Source: Leucoraja ocellata (lineage: Eukaryota). Taken from it: a DNA stretch of 64,000 nt. The stretch spans positions 434,001-498,000 of the forward strand of contig JAWMAR010000471.1 of the NCBI GenBank assembly GCA_036785375.1, in the 5' to 3' direction. Below, piece by piece: positions 50,315 through 63,169 of the stretch. The notes below the pieces were generated by a model. The model saw only the letters and a list, made by a program, of their open reading frames with translations. It had not been told where the DNA came from and did not search any database. The first letter of the stretch is position 1. Every line of letters starts with the position of its first letter. A program made the translations under genes and the position numbers.

Positions 50315-51566
50315 CTGCAACGCGTTAAGCGGAGCGTTAATTTGACTTAACTCATCAAAAACTGACCTCAAAAGACCGTGAACGAACACGTGACAACAAC
50401 AATTGTATTTACGGCAGATAGTCAGTCCTTGCATATCTCACAGACGGGCAACTGTATCCTGACGCTCACTTCCTCTTTCGGCCCAGTGCACCGCCATCGA
50501 TCACACACCACTCTCCCCTCGAGTTCTATTCTGGAATCTGTTTGATTTATTTATAATATTTAGCTCTATAATCCCGTGGTGTGGAGCCGTTACATATTTC
50601 CTTGACAAAGAACATTCTGTCCGTTCCTGCATGATTTACCGGCATCCATAGAATCAAATAGACATAAAAGAGACCATGAAAGAGGTTGCCATTAAAGAGA
50701 CCTTTCGACCCAACTCGTCCTTGACAACTATGGTGCCCCATCTACGTTGGTCCCAGTTACCGCGATAGGCGGACGTCTCTTTATATCTCCCCCCCCTCGA
50801 TGTACCTGTCCAAGTGTTTTTCAGATGCCCATTATATAACCATATAACCATATAATAATCACAGCACGGAAACAGGCCATCTCGGCGCTACATGTCCGTG
50901 CCGAACAATTATTGTCCTGCCAATTCCTGCAATTATAGAACCTGCCTCAACTACCCGGCAGCTCAAGTTCAATCTAGTGACCACCAATAAAATGCCCCTC
51001 AGATTACTCTAAAATGACTCCGCTTAGATCTATATCTAGACCTAAATCATATTGAACCTCTTGCTCTTGGTGAAGGAAAACGGTGCATTCATCCTATCTA
51101 TTTTCCTTATAATTTAATGCACCTCCATAAGTTCAGCTCTGCGCTTCAAGGAATAAAGTCTCACACTGTCCAACCGCTCCATATATCTCAAACGATCAAA
51201 TTCGGGCAATGTCGTTGTAAACCATCTATACACGCTTTCAGGGAATGGTTAAATCATCTATAGACGCAGTCCAGCAGAATGACACCCTTCCCGTAGCATT
51301 CTTCCCAAACAGAACACAATGCACGGAATGCGGCTTAGTCACCCATGATACATTTTGAACACGGAATTTCAATGCTACGGAGCTGCAACTCTTCCAATGT
51401 CGATTGCACTGCTCGTTCAACCATTAAACTCTTAAACATATTTTTCTTACTGGAGACGCAGAATACGTGTTGGATTGTAGGTCTGGTCCAACAAACGAGC
51501 CACAGCAGTTGACCGAAGCCATTTTTCTGCAAAAACGCCGCTGTTTAATACAATGGAAATTCTTAC

Positions 51567-51612
51567 TGATAATGAATGTCGCCAACATGACAGTTTGTAC
51601 CATGAGGCGCAT
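51567..51612 (-). CDS. Leader exon of V5 (MRLMVQTVMLATFII)
   Basis: ATG..ATC A|GTAAGA; phase 1; similar to V6 leader. Confidence 0.8.
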
Positions 51613-51707
51613 CTTCGATCCCCGTGGCGGCACCAACTTTGCTGTCTCTCCTGAATACCTTCAGCGCGTCCGTCAGGCAGAAATGAGAGCGCTGGTGGGA
51701 GCTAGCC

Positions 51708-51717
51708 TCACGTCACT
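51708..51717 (-). promoter_or_regulatory. CRE-like TCR-V promoter decamer
   Basis: AGTGACGTGA ~96 bp upstream of V5 ATG (consensus AGTGAYRTCA). Confidence 0.45.
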
Positions 51718-52189
51718 TTATGCAGGCCACCAATAGAACGGTGGTTATATTGTCATCCTATCTCACGCAAACGAAATGTGTGCGGAAGTGCTCTGATAGA
51801 GGAAAATCTACAAGAAGGCATCAGCAGCAGGAGAGCACCTGACACAATCAAAGCTCTCGTCAAACGTTAGATCTTTTCTCTCCTCCCTCCTCCTCTCCGA
51901 CAGAAGAGGCAAATGATTAAAACTACTAGATTCAAGGACAGTTTCTTCCCTGCAATTGTAAGACTCTTGAGTGGACCTCGCGTAAGCCAAGGATTTATTT
52001 CCGATTCCCCAGTCTACCTTGCTGCGACTCTTGCACCTTTAGTTAACCTGCACTTTCTCTGCAGGCGTCATATTTATTTAAGAGATCGTTTGTGCCCATA
52101 ATGTAGGGCCCGTGCGGACCAGGTGTTGGACTTTCCACTGCATTTGAAGGATGTTAGTGGACAGTTATTTATTCTGTGGGCAAATGTGG

Positions 52190-53460
52190 ATTCATAGCAA
52201 AAGGATTTGAGTATAGGAGCAGGGAGGTTCTACTGCAGTTGTACAGGGTCATGGTGAGACCACACCTGGAGTATTGCGTACAGTTTTGGTCTCCTAATCT
52301 AAGGAAAACATTCTTGCCATAGAGGGAGTACAGAGAAGGTTCACCAGACTGATTCCTGGGATGTCAAGACTTTCATATGAAGAAAGACTGGATAGACTCG
52401 GTTTGTACTCGCTAGAATTTAGAAGATTGTGGGGGGATCTTATAGAAACTTACAAAATTCTTAATGGGTTGGACAGGCTAGATGCAGAAAGGTTGTTCCC
52501 GATGTTGGGGAAGTCCAGAACAAGGGGTCACAGTTTAAGGATAAGATGGAAATCCTTTAGGACCGAGATGAGGAAAGCTTTTTTCACACAGGGAGTGGTG
52601 AATCTCTGGAATTCTCTGCCGCAGAAGGTAGTTGAGGCCAGTTCATTGGCTACATTTAAGAGGGAGTTAAATGTGGCCCTTGTGGCTAAAGGGATCAAGG
52701 GGTATGGAGGGAAGGCATGTACAGGATACTGAGTTGGATGATCAGCCATGATCATATTGAATGGCGGTGCAGGCTCGAAGGGCCGAATGGCCTACTCCTG
52801 CATCTACTTTCTATGTTTCTATGTGTAAGTCGCCATCGTCAGTCGGACACTATTATGCCATGATGTCGGGACATGATAGAAACATAGAGAATATGTGCAG
52901 GAGGTGGCCATTCGGCCCTTCGAGCCAGCACCGCCATTCATTGTGGTCATGGGTGATCGTCCCCTATCAATAACCCATACCTGCCTTCTCCCCATATCCC
53001 TTGACCCCACTAGCCCCTAGAGCTATATCTAACTCTCTCTTAAATTCGTCCAGTGACTTGGACACCATCTGTGGCAGGGAATTCCATAAATTCACAACTC
53101 TCTGGATGAAAAGTTTATTCCCACCTCAGTCTTAAATGGCCGCCCTTTGATTCTAAAACCGTGGCCCCTGGTTCTGGACTTGCCCCACATTGGGAACATT
53201 TTTCCTGCATCTAGCTTGTCCAGTCCTTTTATAATTCTATATGTTTCTATAAGAATCCCCCTCATCCTTCTAAACTCCAGTGAATATAAGCCTAGTCTTT
53301 TCAATCGTTCCTCATATGACCGTCCCGCCATCCCAGGGATCAATCTCGTGAACCTAGGCTGCACTGCCTGAATCAGAAGGATGTCCTTCCTCAAATTAGG
53401 AGACCAAAACTGTACACAATACTCCATTTGTGGTCTCGCCAGATCCCTATACAACTGCAG
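52190..53460. mobile_element. Two CR1 3' fragments tail-to-tail (+ ~52190-52822; - ~52875-53460)
   Basis: ORFs 52361-52732 and 53092-53508. Confidence 0.85.
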
Positions 53461-54667
53461 TTTCTCTACCAAAACACTGCGTTGCTGGCCGAGCAGTAAC
53501 ACAGGCAACGTCTGCCTGCGTTGTGTGTAATCGTGTGGATATACATTTCATGTAGAGAGGAGCGACACCGGGCGCTATTCCTGCTATTGTGCCGAATGGC
53601 CTACTCCTGCATCTATTTTCTATGTTTTCTATGTTTATTAGCTGAGGATAGTTTTTAGTTTACAGATACACCGCGGAAAAGGGGTATTTTGTCCCATCGT
53701 GTCCGCGGCGACCTTGAACCCCTGACCACTAACACTATCCTACACAGACTAGGGACACATTTAAATTTATACCAAGCCTATTAACATACAAACCAATACG
53801 TCCTATATATGGAGTGTGGAAGGAAGCCGACGATCTTGGAGAAGACCCACGCTGTCACGGGGACGACGTACAAACTCCCCAAAGACAACACCCGTAGTCG
53901 GGATCGAACCCGGGTCTCTGGAGGTTTGAGCGCTCGCGGGCAGAAACTCGACCGCCGCCCCAATGTGTTCCAGGTTATTTAACTTTCCCCTCCCCCGTCT
54001 GCTATTTGTCAGTCGCCCGGTGGCAACAATTGGGTCACAACCACTCTTGCAAATCAACAACTTCCGTCTCCAACCTCCCGCGCACAATCACCAGCTGCAG
54101 CTAACAGTTTCCGACAGTTGGCACCAGCGCCAATCCGCCCCGCCCTCACTTCCTTCCTCTGCTCTGGCTGTGAACCGCCTTACCTACTGCAGCAGTTTGC
54201 TGCCACGGATACGTGTTGGAACTGTAGGCAAGGGGTTTTGTGAAATTTGTGTTTCTAACCGGCCAGCAGTTGTTTTGGACTGCAGAGTGACCGATGCAGC
54301 AAACGGTAAAGTGACTCTCTGATCCAACCGTTAAACATGTCTTGAATTAAAGATCTGCGGGTTCAATTTGAGGCGAGTCTGAGAGCGCCTGAATAACGGT
54401 CGATCGCTTAACATGTCCCCATCAACGTCTGTAATTACTCAATAACTGTGTGCACGTGTACACAATCATTTGTCCATGCACGGATGATAGCAGAAAGCCA
54501 CTTGGCATCCGCAAGCCGTTGCCATCCGTGGAATGAATCATAATTTAATCTTACTTTAATGAACTTATGTTTTCCCATCTCTACGTCACTGAGCGGTACC
54601 CTATTGACGAATGGCAATGGCTTGCGGAGGCAATGTGGCTTTCTGCTATCACCCGTGCATGGACACG

Positions 54668-55000
54668 CCAGATGCAGGAAGATTATTCCCGATGTTGGGG
54701 AAGTCCCAACTAGGGGTCACAGTTTAAGGATAAGGGGGAAGACTTTTAGGACCGGGATGAGAAAATCATTCTTCACACAGAGAGTGGTGAATCTGTGGAA
54801 TTCTCTGCCACAGAAGGTAGTTGAGGCCAGTTCATTGGCTATATTTAAGAGGGATTTGGATGTGGCCCTGGTGGCTAAAGGGATCAGGGGATATGGAGAG
54901 AAGGCAGGGATGGGATGCTGAGTTGGATGATCATCCATTGTCATATTGAATGGCGGTACAGGCTCGAATGGCTAACTCCTGCACCTAATTTCTATGTTTC
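54668..55000 (+). mobile_element. CR1/HER1-like 3' end
   Basis: TRGHSLRIRGK..FFTQRVVNLW. Confidence 0.85.
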
Positions 55001-56616
55001 ATAATAAAACAGAAAACGATGGAAATACTTAGCAGGTCAGGCCGCATCCGTGTGCTGATAGACACATTTAAACTTTTACATCAAACCGGAAAGGAGAGAA
55101 GGCACGCGCCTTGAGCTGCGTACTCCGCTGGGAGGTGGCTGATTTGGAGGCCGGGGCCGCTGAGGATGTTCTTCGTCGGGGTTCGACGTCGGGGTGCTAT
55201 CATTCCCGGCGGGATGGCCTGAGCATCGGGCCGCCCGAGGCGGCGACTACGGGGCGCGCGGGAGGCCCCGACCACGGGTGAACATCTGAGAAGATCAGCG
55301 AGGAGGCTGACTGGAGTTTTGTTCCTTCCCTAACTTTGGCGCCGCTGTGGGAATGTTGTGTCGTTAACCTCTGTGTTTGTGCTTTAAAAAAAAAAAATTA
55401 TGACTGTAAAATCCATTTCGTTGTCTCTAATGAGACAATGACAATAAATTGAATCCAATCCAAAGGTGGCCAGAAGAGTAAATACACAAGAAACTGCAGA
55501 TCCTGGAATCTTGTGCAAAACTGAATGTGCTGGAGCAACTCAGCAGACTAAACATCATCTGGGGAGCGAAACGATAGGGTCTGAAGAACGGTCCTGGCCA
55601 AGAAAGTAGTCTGTCCATGCCTTCCACAGATGCTGCCTAACCAACGAAGTCCCTCTTTGTGATTTAGTTCAAAGAAAGATGTACGGGCGGTGATGACGGC
55701 AGCCTTCGCCAATAATCACACCGACACTTGCAGTAGAGTGAAATTACGTGATATGTTTTACTTACATAAGTATCAACCGCATGGGGGCACTGTCCCTCGC
55801 CATCAAGGCGCATGTGCGACGACGCTGGGATTGGTTCAAGTGATTCAAATGATTCAAGTGCTCAACGAATATCAACTAATTGGACCCAGCTGTGACCAAT
55901 CTCAGATCGATCAGTCAGTGACAGGGATCAGAGCAGCAGACAAGGCAGGGGGCGCCGTTACAAATGGCGTGTCACTTATTGGGTAAACACCAAGGAACAG
56001 CCACCATCCCTCTCCTCCAAAGTTTCCTCCAACCGCCCCCCCTCCACCCCCACGCCCCAATCCACGCAACACCCCCCGCCACCCACATAAAACAGGCTAA
56101 AGAACACTAAAAACGTACATGTAACACATACTGTCAAACACAAAGGAAAGAAAGGACAAACAGACTGTCGGCGAGGCAGCCATTGCTGGCGCCACCCGGT
56201 TGAGCAATAAAGCAATCCATCGAACCAACAAGGTGCATGTATGATTATTTTCCAATAGTTTACAGCGGAAGTTGTATTCCCACCTTTCCTTCCCCACCAT
56301 ATCTATTTTTCGACACAATCGTTTTTAGCTGTTTGCAATCTACCGATGTACTGATTCCGCTGTCCTGTGCAGAAATAACACAGCCAGTCATTTCATTTTC
56401 AGCAGCCGCTTTCCTTATCCGGCATGTGGCCGCCATTAAATGCGGATAATACAAATCCCCATGTCCATGCTGGGAGCCTTCTTAATAGCGCCAAATACGC
56501 TATTTGGCCGTTTCCGTTATTCCACTTATCAATTACAATATTGTAATGTTCCTGCGTGAGTGTCTCGGCCTCTGTTGTAAGCAGCGCACATGCTGCATGT
56601 ATTGGAAATCTCCGGC

Positions 56617-56655
56617 AGTTATTGTACGAGGCCCCAGCCCACTCCCATCATTGTG
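56617..56655 (-). other. 23-RSS of V6
   Basis: CACAATG + 23 nt + ACAATAACT. Confidence 0.9.
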
Positions 56656-56959
56656 AGCCTCAGTGCACAAAGATATACCGCCGTGTCAGACAGCTGCAAA
56701 CCCGAGATTGCCAAATGATACGTTTTGCTTGAACGCTGAACGGAATCAGAAAAGCGGGTCCGAGCGAATTCTGCCTTGAAATCTAAATTGCCTTCGATGA
56801 AACGCCCGACCGCAACTTCCGGTCGCTTGCTTGGGTGCTGGCGGTACCAGAATAAGGAAGAAATATCGCTGGTGTATGTGCAGACTAAAGTTGCAGTTTC
56901 TCCTTCTTCCCTTGTCAGCGTGGGATCCCTCTGAGACACAACGTTTCCATTGCTCTGAC
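56656..56959 (-). CDS. TCR alpha/delta V exon V6 (same family as V5)
   Basis: Acceptor TTCCAG; VSQ..LVCTY..LFWYRQHP..SDTAVYLCALR. Confidence 0.94.
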
Positions 56960-57211
56960 CTGGAACACAGTTGAAAAACGCGTGACATGGATCATTAGAT
57001 TGGACTTAAATAATGTTTGCAGGATTTGGGTGTGGCAGATTGCAACCTTCACGTGGTCCGCCCTGTTTCAACGAGTGCAATGAACCTGGCGTGCCACAAT
57101 CAAATAAGATCAAATAGAACACGTTGGCCTACAACTTGAGACTGTGCACGCCATACGCAAGAATAAGAAGTAGCAGGATTCGGAGCGGGCAATAGCTGTG
57201 GAATAAATATA

Positions 57212-57527
57212 GGGCGGCACAGTGGTGCAGCGGTAGAGTTGCTGCCTTACAGCACTTACCTGGGTTCGATCCTGGCTACGGGTGCTTGTCTGTACGGAGT
57301 TGGTACGATTTTTTCCCGTGACCTGGGTGGGGTCTCTCCGAGCACTTCCGTTTCCACCCACAGTCTAAGACGTACAGGTTTGTAGGTTAATTGGCTTGGT
57401 ATAAACAAAAATTAAATGGCCCTCGTGCAGGGTGGTATTAATGTGCGGGGATGGTTAGTCTGTGAGACCTCGGTGGGCCGAATGGCCTGTATCCGCGCTG
57501 TGTCTATAAACTAAATTAAACTAAACT
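57212..57527 (+). mobile_element. tRNA-derived V-SINE (HE1-like) in V6 intron; other copies ~35780-36000, 38500-38650, 53650-53960 (all minus)
   Basis: GGGCGGCACAGTGGTGCAGCGG, GGTTCGATCC, CR1-like 3' end, (AAACT)n tail. Confidence 0.8.
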
Positions 57528-58563
57528 TACGGAGGAGAATTGTGATTCATGGGTAAATAGGAATGCGCGAGCATCAATCCCAGGACATACCTCCACACCT
57601 CCCTTTGACATACTCAACTTACATTCCCACATTTCACTCGCAGTGACCACCTATTTATACTGTGCCTGATACACTATTTGCATGAGTTTGTAACACTACA
57701 AAAAGCCACCCAAGCATTCCACATAATATTGTTCTCCTCTATATCCCGCTGGGTTTATCAGTTATGAGATATATAAGACCATAAGTTGAAATTACAACAC
57801 AGAACAGAGAATAGTGTAGCACATGAATAGATCCTTCAGCGCACAATATCCGTTTCGAGGATGACGTAGATAAACGAATCTAATTTGCCGCTTGTACCGT
57901 TCCCTGCCTAGCCACGTGCCGTTCCGTAAATCCTTAAATGCCACTATCTTACACGGCTCGACCACCGTACCTGTTTCATGTACACAACACACTCTGTGTA
58001 AAAACAATACCTACACTACACCACTGCTTGAAATTTCGTCCCTCTCACCTTAACGCAACCCCCTCTTATTCTCGGGATTTCCACCCTGGGAAAAAAATGT
58101 TCCCACAGGCTATGCGCCTCGTAATTTGATGTACTCCTATAAGGTCTCCAGCATTCGACCTTCCCGAGAAAACATTGCAAGTGTTTTTCAACTTCTCCTT
58201 ATTGCTAATCCATGCAGCATGTTGGTAAATTGTTACTGAGCTGGACCCTTTTCCTCTATGCAACACCTTGATTAGCTGTTTGCTTACTGGAGAATAATAC
58301 CCCATTCATTCTGGTGGTAATAATCTAATGGCGATTATAGAGACATAGAGTGATACAGTGTAGAGCCAACCCTTCGGCCCAATTTGCCCACATCGGCCTA
58401 CAAGTCCCAGCTACATTCGTTCCACTTTTAAGTTGCAGAAATGGCGGTGGAAGGCGGTGGAAGGACGGACAGTTCTATAAATCTTTAACGGGGCATCTGA
58501 TTTTTTTAAATGCCTTCTTTCTGACGATAAACCAAACTTCATAAAAAGATTTAATTTTCTTAC

Positions 58564-58606
58564 CGATAATCAGTGCAACCAATGTAACGGGTGCAAATAG
58601 TTGCAT
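58564..58606 (-). CDS. Leader exon of V6 (MQLFAPVTLVALII)
   Basis: ATG..ATC G|GTAAGA; phase 1. Confidence 0.8.
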
Positions 58607-58720
58607 TTTAACTGCTCGCGGATACTGTGATCGTTTGAGCGTCAAATTCGTATAGACATTCTCGCAACTGTTATAGCAATAAGAAGAACAAATAGCTGAG
58701 CACATTGGCTGAAGCTGGAC

Positions 58721-58730
58721 TGATGTCATT
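58721..58730 (-). promoter_or_regulatory. CRE-like TCR-V promoter decamer
   Basis: AATGACATCA ~115 bp upstream of V6 ATG. Confidence 0.45.
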
Positions 58731-59224
58731 TCCGTGCAGAACACCAATCAAAAGGATTCCACTGCGGTGAACAATTAATCCAATACATTTATATTTATTT
58801 AGAACAACTCCCACAGTTATTAATGACAGAGAATAGTTAAACCTGCGTCATTAAACACATGGCTTCCACTGTGTTATTTTCCACCAGATACAGTTAGGTA
58901 AAAACGTGAGACATAATTCGCAAGTTGACAAAGCCAACTGGACGCAAGTAGTTTGCGGGGCGAAGAACGCTGCAGTATAGGAGAGTCAGAGGGGACATTC
59001 GGTATGTGAGGGCGCTCTCCAAATAACAACTCATGAGAGGATATCTCGTTGATTGTTTCAGTTGTATATCATGGTAGAATGGTAGGAATGCTTCAAAAAA
59101 AAAGACTGAGTAAACTCGAAACAAGGTTGGAATGAGATGACGGTTGTATTAATGTAGTGAGAGAGAATGGGGGAGTGAACCATTATTTATGAAAAAGGTG
59201 TGGCTTGTTTTAAAGATTCTGGCT

Positions 59225-59240
59225 AGCGCCATCTGCTGGC
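59225..59240 (-). promoter_or_regulatory. CTCF-binding-like motif upstream of V6
   Basis: GCCAGCAGATGGCGCT, close match to consensus; binding untested. Confidence 0.65.
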
Positions 59241-59769
59241 GACTTAGTATCAATTATACTGCGCTGCATCGCGGAGTTCGTGGCACGGCAGTGCACGGCG
59301 GAGTCGGATGTTGGTCTTTTACCAGTTGTTCACTTGGTTGGCTTGTTAGTTTCGGGCAGCGAACGGGCGAATCGTTTAAATCATTTGACTACAGATAATA
59401 CAGCTACCAAAGAAGCTCACGTCGCCTGTTCCCGTCGCCCTTTCCTCACCTGCTTCCTAAAATACACCTCCCTCAAGAAAACAAATATACAGCTATTTCT
59501 GGAATTGAGTTTTCGATAGTAAACTACTTGGACATCATTTACTCCCTGCCCTCGATTCGATCACTCTTTATATTTGTGATTTCTCGGACACTGGTTTTTA
59601 AGTCAGTGGTGATTAGTAGTAAATAATCCCATCAGAATCTATGATCCTAGGTGATGTTTGCCGCAGTGACGGCAAAAATACTTCGTGGGCTATTCGCATC
59701 CGTGAAACGCTTCATAATTCCTACCGTTCACGGTATGTCGTTCGACACATAGGCGGGAGTCTGCGACAT

Positions 59770-60525
59770 TTTAAATAATTGACTTAGGGGAAGTACAACG
59801 GGGATCAGGGTGGTCCTTGTACATCGGTCTATAAAAGTAAGCATGCCGGTACAGCAGGCAGTGAAGAAAGCGAATGGCATGTTGGCCTTTATAACAAGAG
59901 GAATCGAATGTAGGAGCAAATAGGCCATTCTGTACTTTTACGGAGCCCTAGTGAGACCATACCTAGAGTATTGTGTGCAGTTTTGGTCCCCTAATTTGAG
60001 GAAGGACCTTCTTGGTATTGAGGGAGCCCAGCGTAGGTTTACAAGGTTAATTCCCGGGATGGCGGGACTGTCATATGCTGAGAGAATGGAGCAGCTGGGT
60101 TTGTACACTCTGGAGATTGGAAGGATGAGAGGGTTCCTCTTTGAAACATATAAGATTGTTAAGGGTTTAGACACGCTGGAGGCAGGAAACATGGGGGAGT
60201 CCAGAACCAGGTGCCACAGTTTAAGAATGAGGAATAAACCATTTAGAACGGAGACGACAAAACACTTTTTTGCAATGAGAGTAGTGAGTCTGTGGAACGT
60301 TCTGCCTCAGAGGGTGGTGGAGACCGGTGCTCTGGATGCTTTTAAGAGAGAACTAGATAGGGCTCTTAAAAATAACGGAGTCAGGGGATATGGGGAGAAA
60401 GCAGGAACGGGGTAGTGATTGGGGGTGATCAGCCATGATCACATTGAAAGGCGGTGCTGGCACGAAGGGCCGAATGGACTACTCCTGCACCTAGTGTCTA
60501 TTGTCTATTGTCTATTGTCTATTGA
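59770..60525 (+). mobile_element. CR1 3' fragment, (CTATTGT)n-tail subfamily
   Basis: [18 protein letters not shown].. Confidence 0.88.
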
Positions 60526-61420
60526 CTTTGTTTGCGTTCCATGAAAATACCGTCGACGATATCCAACCGGGAAGATATGTATGAGAAGCGCTACTATCTT
60601 GCTCAAGATTTGCACGTGGATTATCAAGTGAAATTGGCTTTTGAGTCGATTTCGTGGAAAACAAAACTGACGCTCCGCTTCTGAAATAGAAACTACGCTC
60701 TCGCGGTGACCAAAATTGCAATGCCACTTACAGGTAAGTATAGGCATCGACATAAATCTATTCATTTTGGGAAAAACGAGTGTTGGCAAAGTAGTAGCTA
60801 AAACTAATCCTTGATAGACACAAAAAGCTGGGACAAATCAGCGGGACAGGCAGCATCTCTGGAGAGAAGAATGCGTGACGTTTCGGGCCGAAATCTTTCT
60901 TCAGACGTCTCGACACTAAACCTCATCCATTCCTTCTCTTCAGGGATGCTGCTTGTCCCATTGTGTTTCTCCAGCTTTTTCTGTCTACCTTCGGTTTGAA
61001 CCAGCATCTACAGTTCCTTTCGACACAAATGTAATCCTCGTCGTGTGAGATCATGATGGGGCGGCCCCCTTTGGACTGTAAGTGGAAAAATGCAACGGAC
61101 AGACCCAGGGACACATTTTTCTGCAATATCGATTCCTTTTGCACTCGCGTAGCTGCAGGAGTTTCAGCTATATGCAATAGTTGCATCTACTTTGTCGGGA
61201 TAGGTTCGATTATGTGCTAGTTTCGAACCCCTTAGAGCAAATGTATTTGAAAATTCCTTTGAAAACCGTTGAAACAATTAGCGATCGATAAGGATCATGT
61301 AGCGGACTGCACAGTGTACCCAGGGGAACAAAGAATGCCGTCCTTTTCTCTATATCGTGTCTTCTTGTTCCTTTGGGCCACCTCGCCCCCTGGCGAGTGC
61401 TCACGAGATTGGAAATGGTA

Positions 61421-61459
61421 AGTTTTTGTTCGGGTCCGTTATACGTCGGTGGCAGTGTG
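61421..61459 (-). other. 23-RSS of V7
   Basis: CACACTG + 23 nt + ACAAAAACT. Confidence 0.92.
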
Positions 61460-61763
61460 GGGTTCATGACACAGAAGTACACGGCAGATTCGGAGATCAC
61501 GGACTTGCGGATCGTCAGCTCGGTATTCTTGGCAGTTTTATTGAACGTAGAAGAGATTCGGTCTGTGAGGTATCTCGTTCCAGTTTGTGTCCCCCTTGTA
61601 ATCTGAAGCAGGTAATACGGAGGCTGGCCAGGGCACTGGATGTACCAGTAGACATATGGGTATGGATCGGTTGTTTTCAAGGTGCAGGTTAGGATGATGT
61701 TACATCCCTCTTCGGACATAATTTCTCCCACCAGTTGTTCCACTGAGTCTTGCAGGCTCCAAT
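61460..61763 (-). CDS. TCR alpha/delta V exon V7 (V3/V4 family); canonical acceptor mutated AG>CG, possibly ORF/pseudogene
   Basis: DSVEQ..LTCT..VYWYIQ..ESAVYFCVMN in an open frame; TTATTCG|ATTGGAGC versus V3 CTCTTAG|ACTGGAGC. Confidence 0.88.
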
Positions 61764-61893
61764 CGAATAAACGCAATACAACTGTCATCAAGATTACCTT
61801 TCTCAAACAAGCTATTTTTATTCCAGCGAGATAAACATCAGTATTAATGAGGTCAAATGAACCCTGCAATTTTAATGGGAAGTAAATCCTCAC

Positions 61894-61939
61894 TAAGAAG
61901 TAACGCAATGATAAGGAGCGGCGCTAATTGTGTCTTCAT
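61894..61939 (-). CDS. Leader exon of V7 (MKTQLAPLLIIALLL)
   Basis: ATG..CTT A|GTGAGG; ~130-bp intron like V3/V4. Confidence 0.85.
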
Positions 61940-62323
61940 GATGCTCGCTGTGTTTGTAAATTTGTGGTCATCCGTGACGGTCTGTTTCAGCTAAAAGACT
62001 ACATGCCCCACCCGCGTTGATCAGCTGCGCAAACCGATCGCAAGCAGCTACACACAGAAACGCCTCTTCAGTAACACTGGCAAGGAAATGCACGGAACCC
62101 GAGCAGCATTCTTAAGATGTAGGCGGGTCCGCGACAAGAGTGGGGGACTGGATAAAGCCTGTAGGGGGCAGAAGGTCACAAGAATCCCTCAGTGGCAACA
62201 GGAGCTGCTGGAGCTGGAGGTAGTTGAAGGGAAGATTGTGACGCAAGTGGCTTGCCGAGCCATCGACTGCGAATGGAGGTAGTGAAGCGAAACGGTATGA
62301 ATGGACATTATTTCCTTCGCAGT

Positions 62324-62351
62324 CTGAGGAAGGGTTTCGGCCCGAAACGTT
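62324..62351 (+). ncRNA. Minimal hammerhead-ribozyme-like core in Penelope-derived repeat
   Basis: CTGAGGA-AGGGT-TTCG-GCCC-GAAACGTT. Confidence 0.5.
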
Positions 62352-63169
62352 GCCTATTTCCTTCGCTCAATTGATGCTGCTGCACCCGCTGAGTTTCTCC
62401 AGCATTTTTGTGTACATTAGCAGAGATATTGTGACCTGGGTATGTGACAAACACGAGATATCTTTATGTCTTCTGTCCAGATTTCCCGTTTACGGGGCTC
62501 GTAAGATAAAGCATATTCTACTCTGTCATCGAACATTTTAGTCAGAATATATAGCGGTGAACAGTAACCTCCAGATTTTGAATCATTGAGAGCTTCCAGG
62601 AATGATCTAGATCTGATTAACAAACATAGATGGCTAATTATTCCTATAGGGTGGGCTGGGCGTATGACAGAGAAACACACAGACAAATAAATATTAAGAG
62701 AAGATAATAGGTGAGGAAATGTTAAATTGCACAGCACGTGACCGGAGACGTTGAACAGAGTAACGTTAAGTGCGGTGTTTGCATTCACAATTATGATCAT
62801 TTATTGGCATACTTTCTTCAGGTTGACATGTAATAGATCAGCCAGTTTGGAAGCTCGTGGCAACAGTGCGACAAAGACATGAACAAAGCAACACAATGAC
62901 TATCTTCTAACTGTGGAAAGTATGCGCCACCTTCATTGGTAATTGTAATTTATCTGGAGAGGAATACACTTAAATACACTGAAATTGATCATTCCAATGG
63001 AATTGTGATATTTTCTTTCTTATTCCAGCGAAGAACAAGAAACTCAGTAAATGAAATGGGCAATAACCTCGATATTTACTTTTACCTGTAGAATCTGCGA
63101 ATGCTGACCAGATGTAATTTGCTTCCCTGTCGACTTATGCTTGAAGGTATCTAGCACTCATGGTATGAC

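Noticed and set aside
57218-57224. CACAGTG heptamer in the V6 intron
   Set aside because: Part of the SINE tRNA head; no nonamer.
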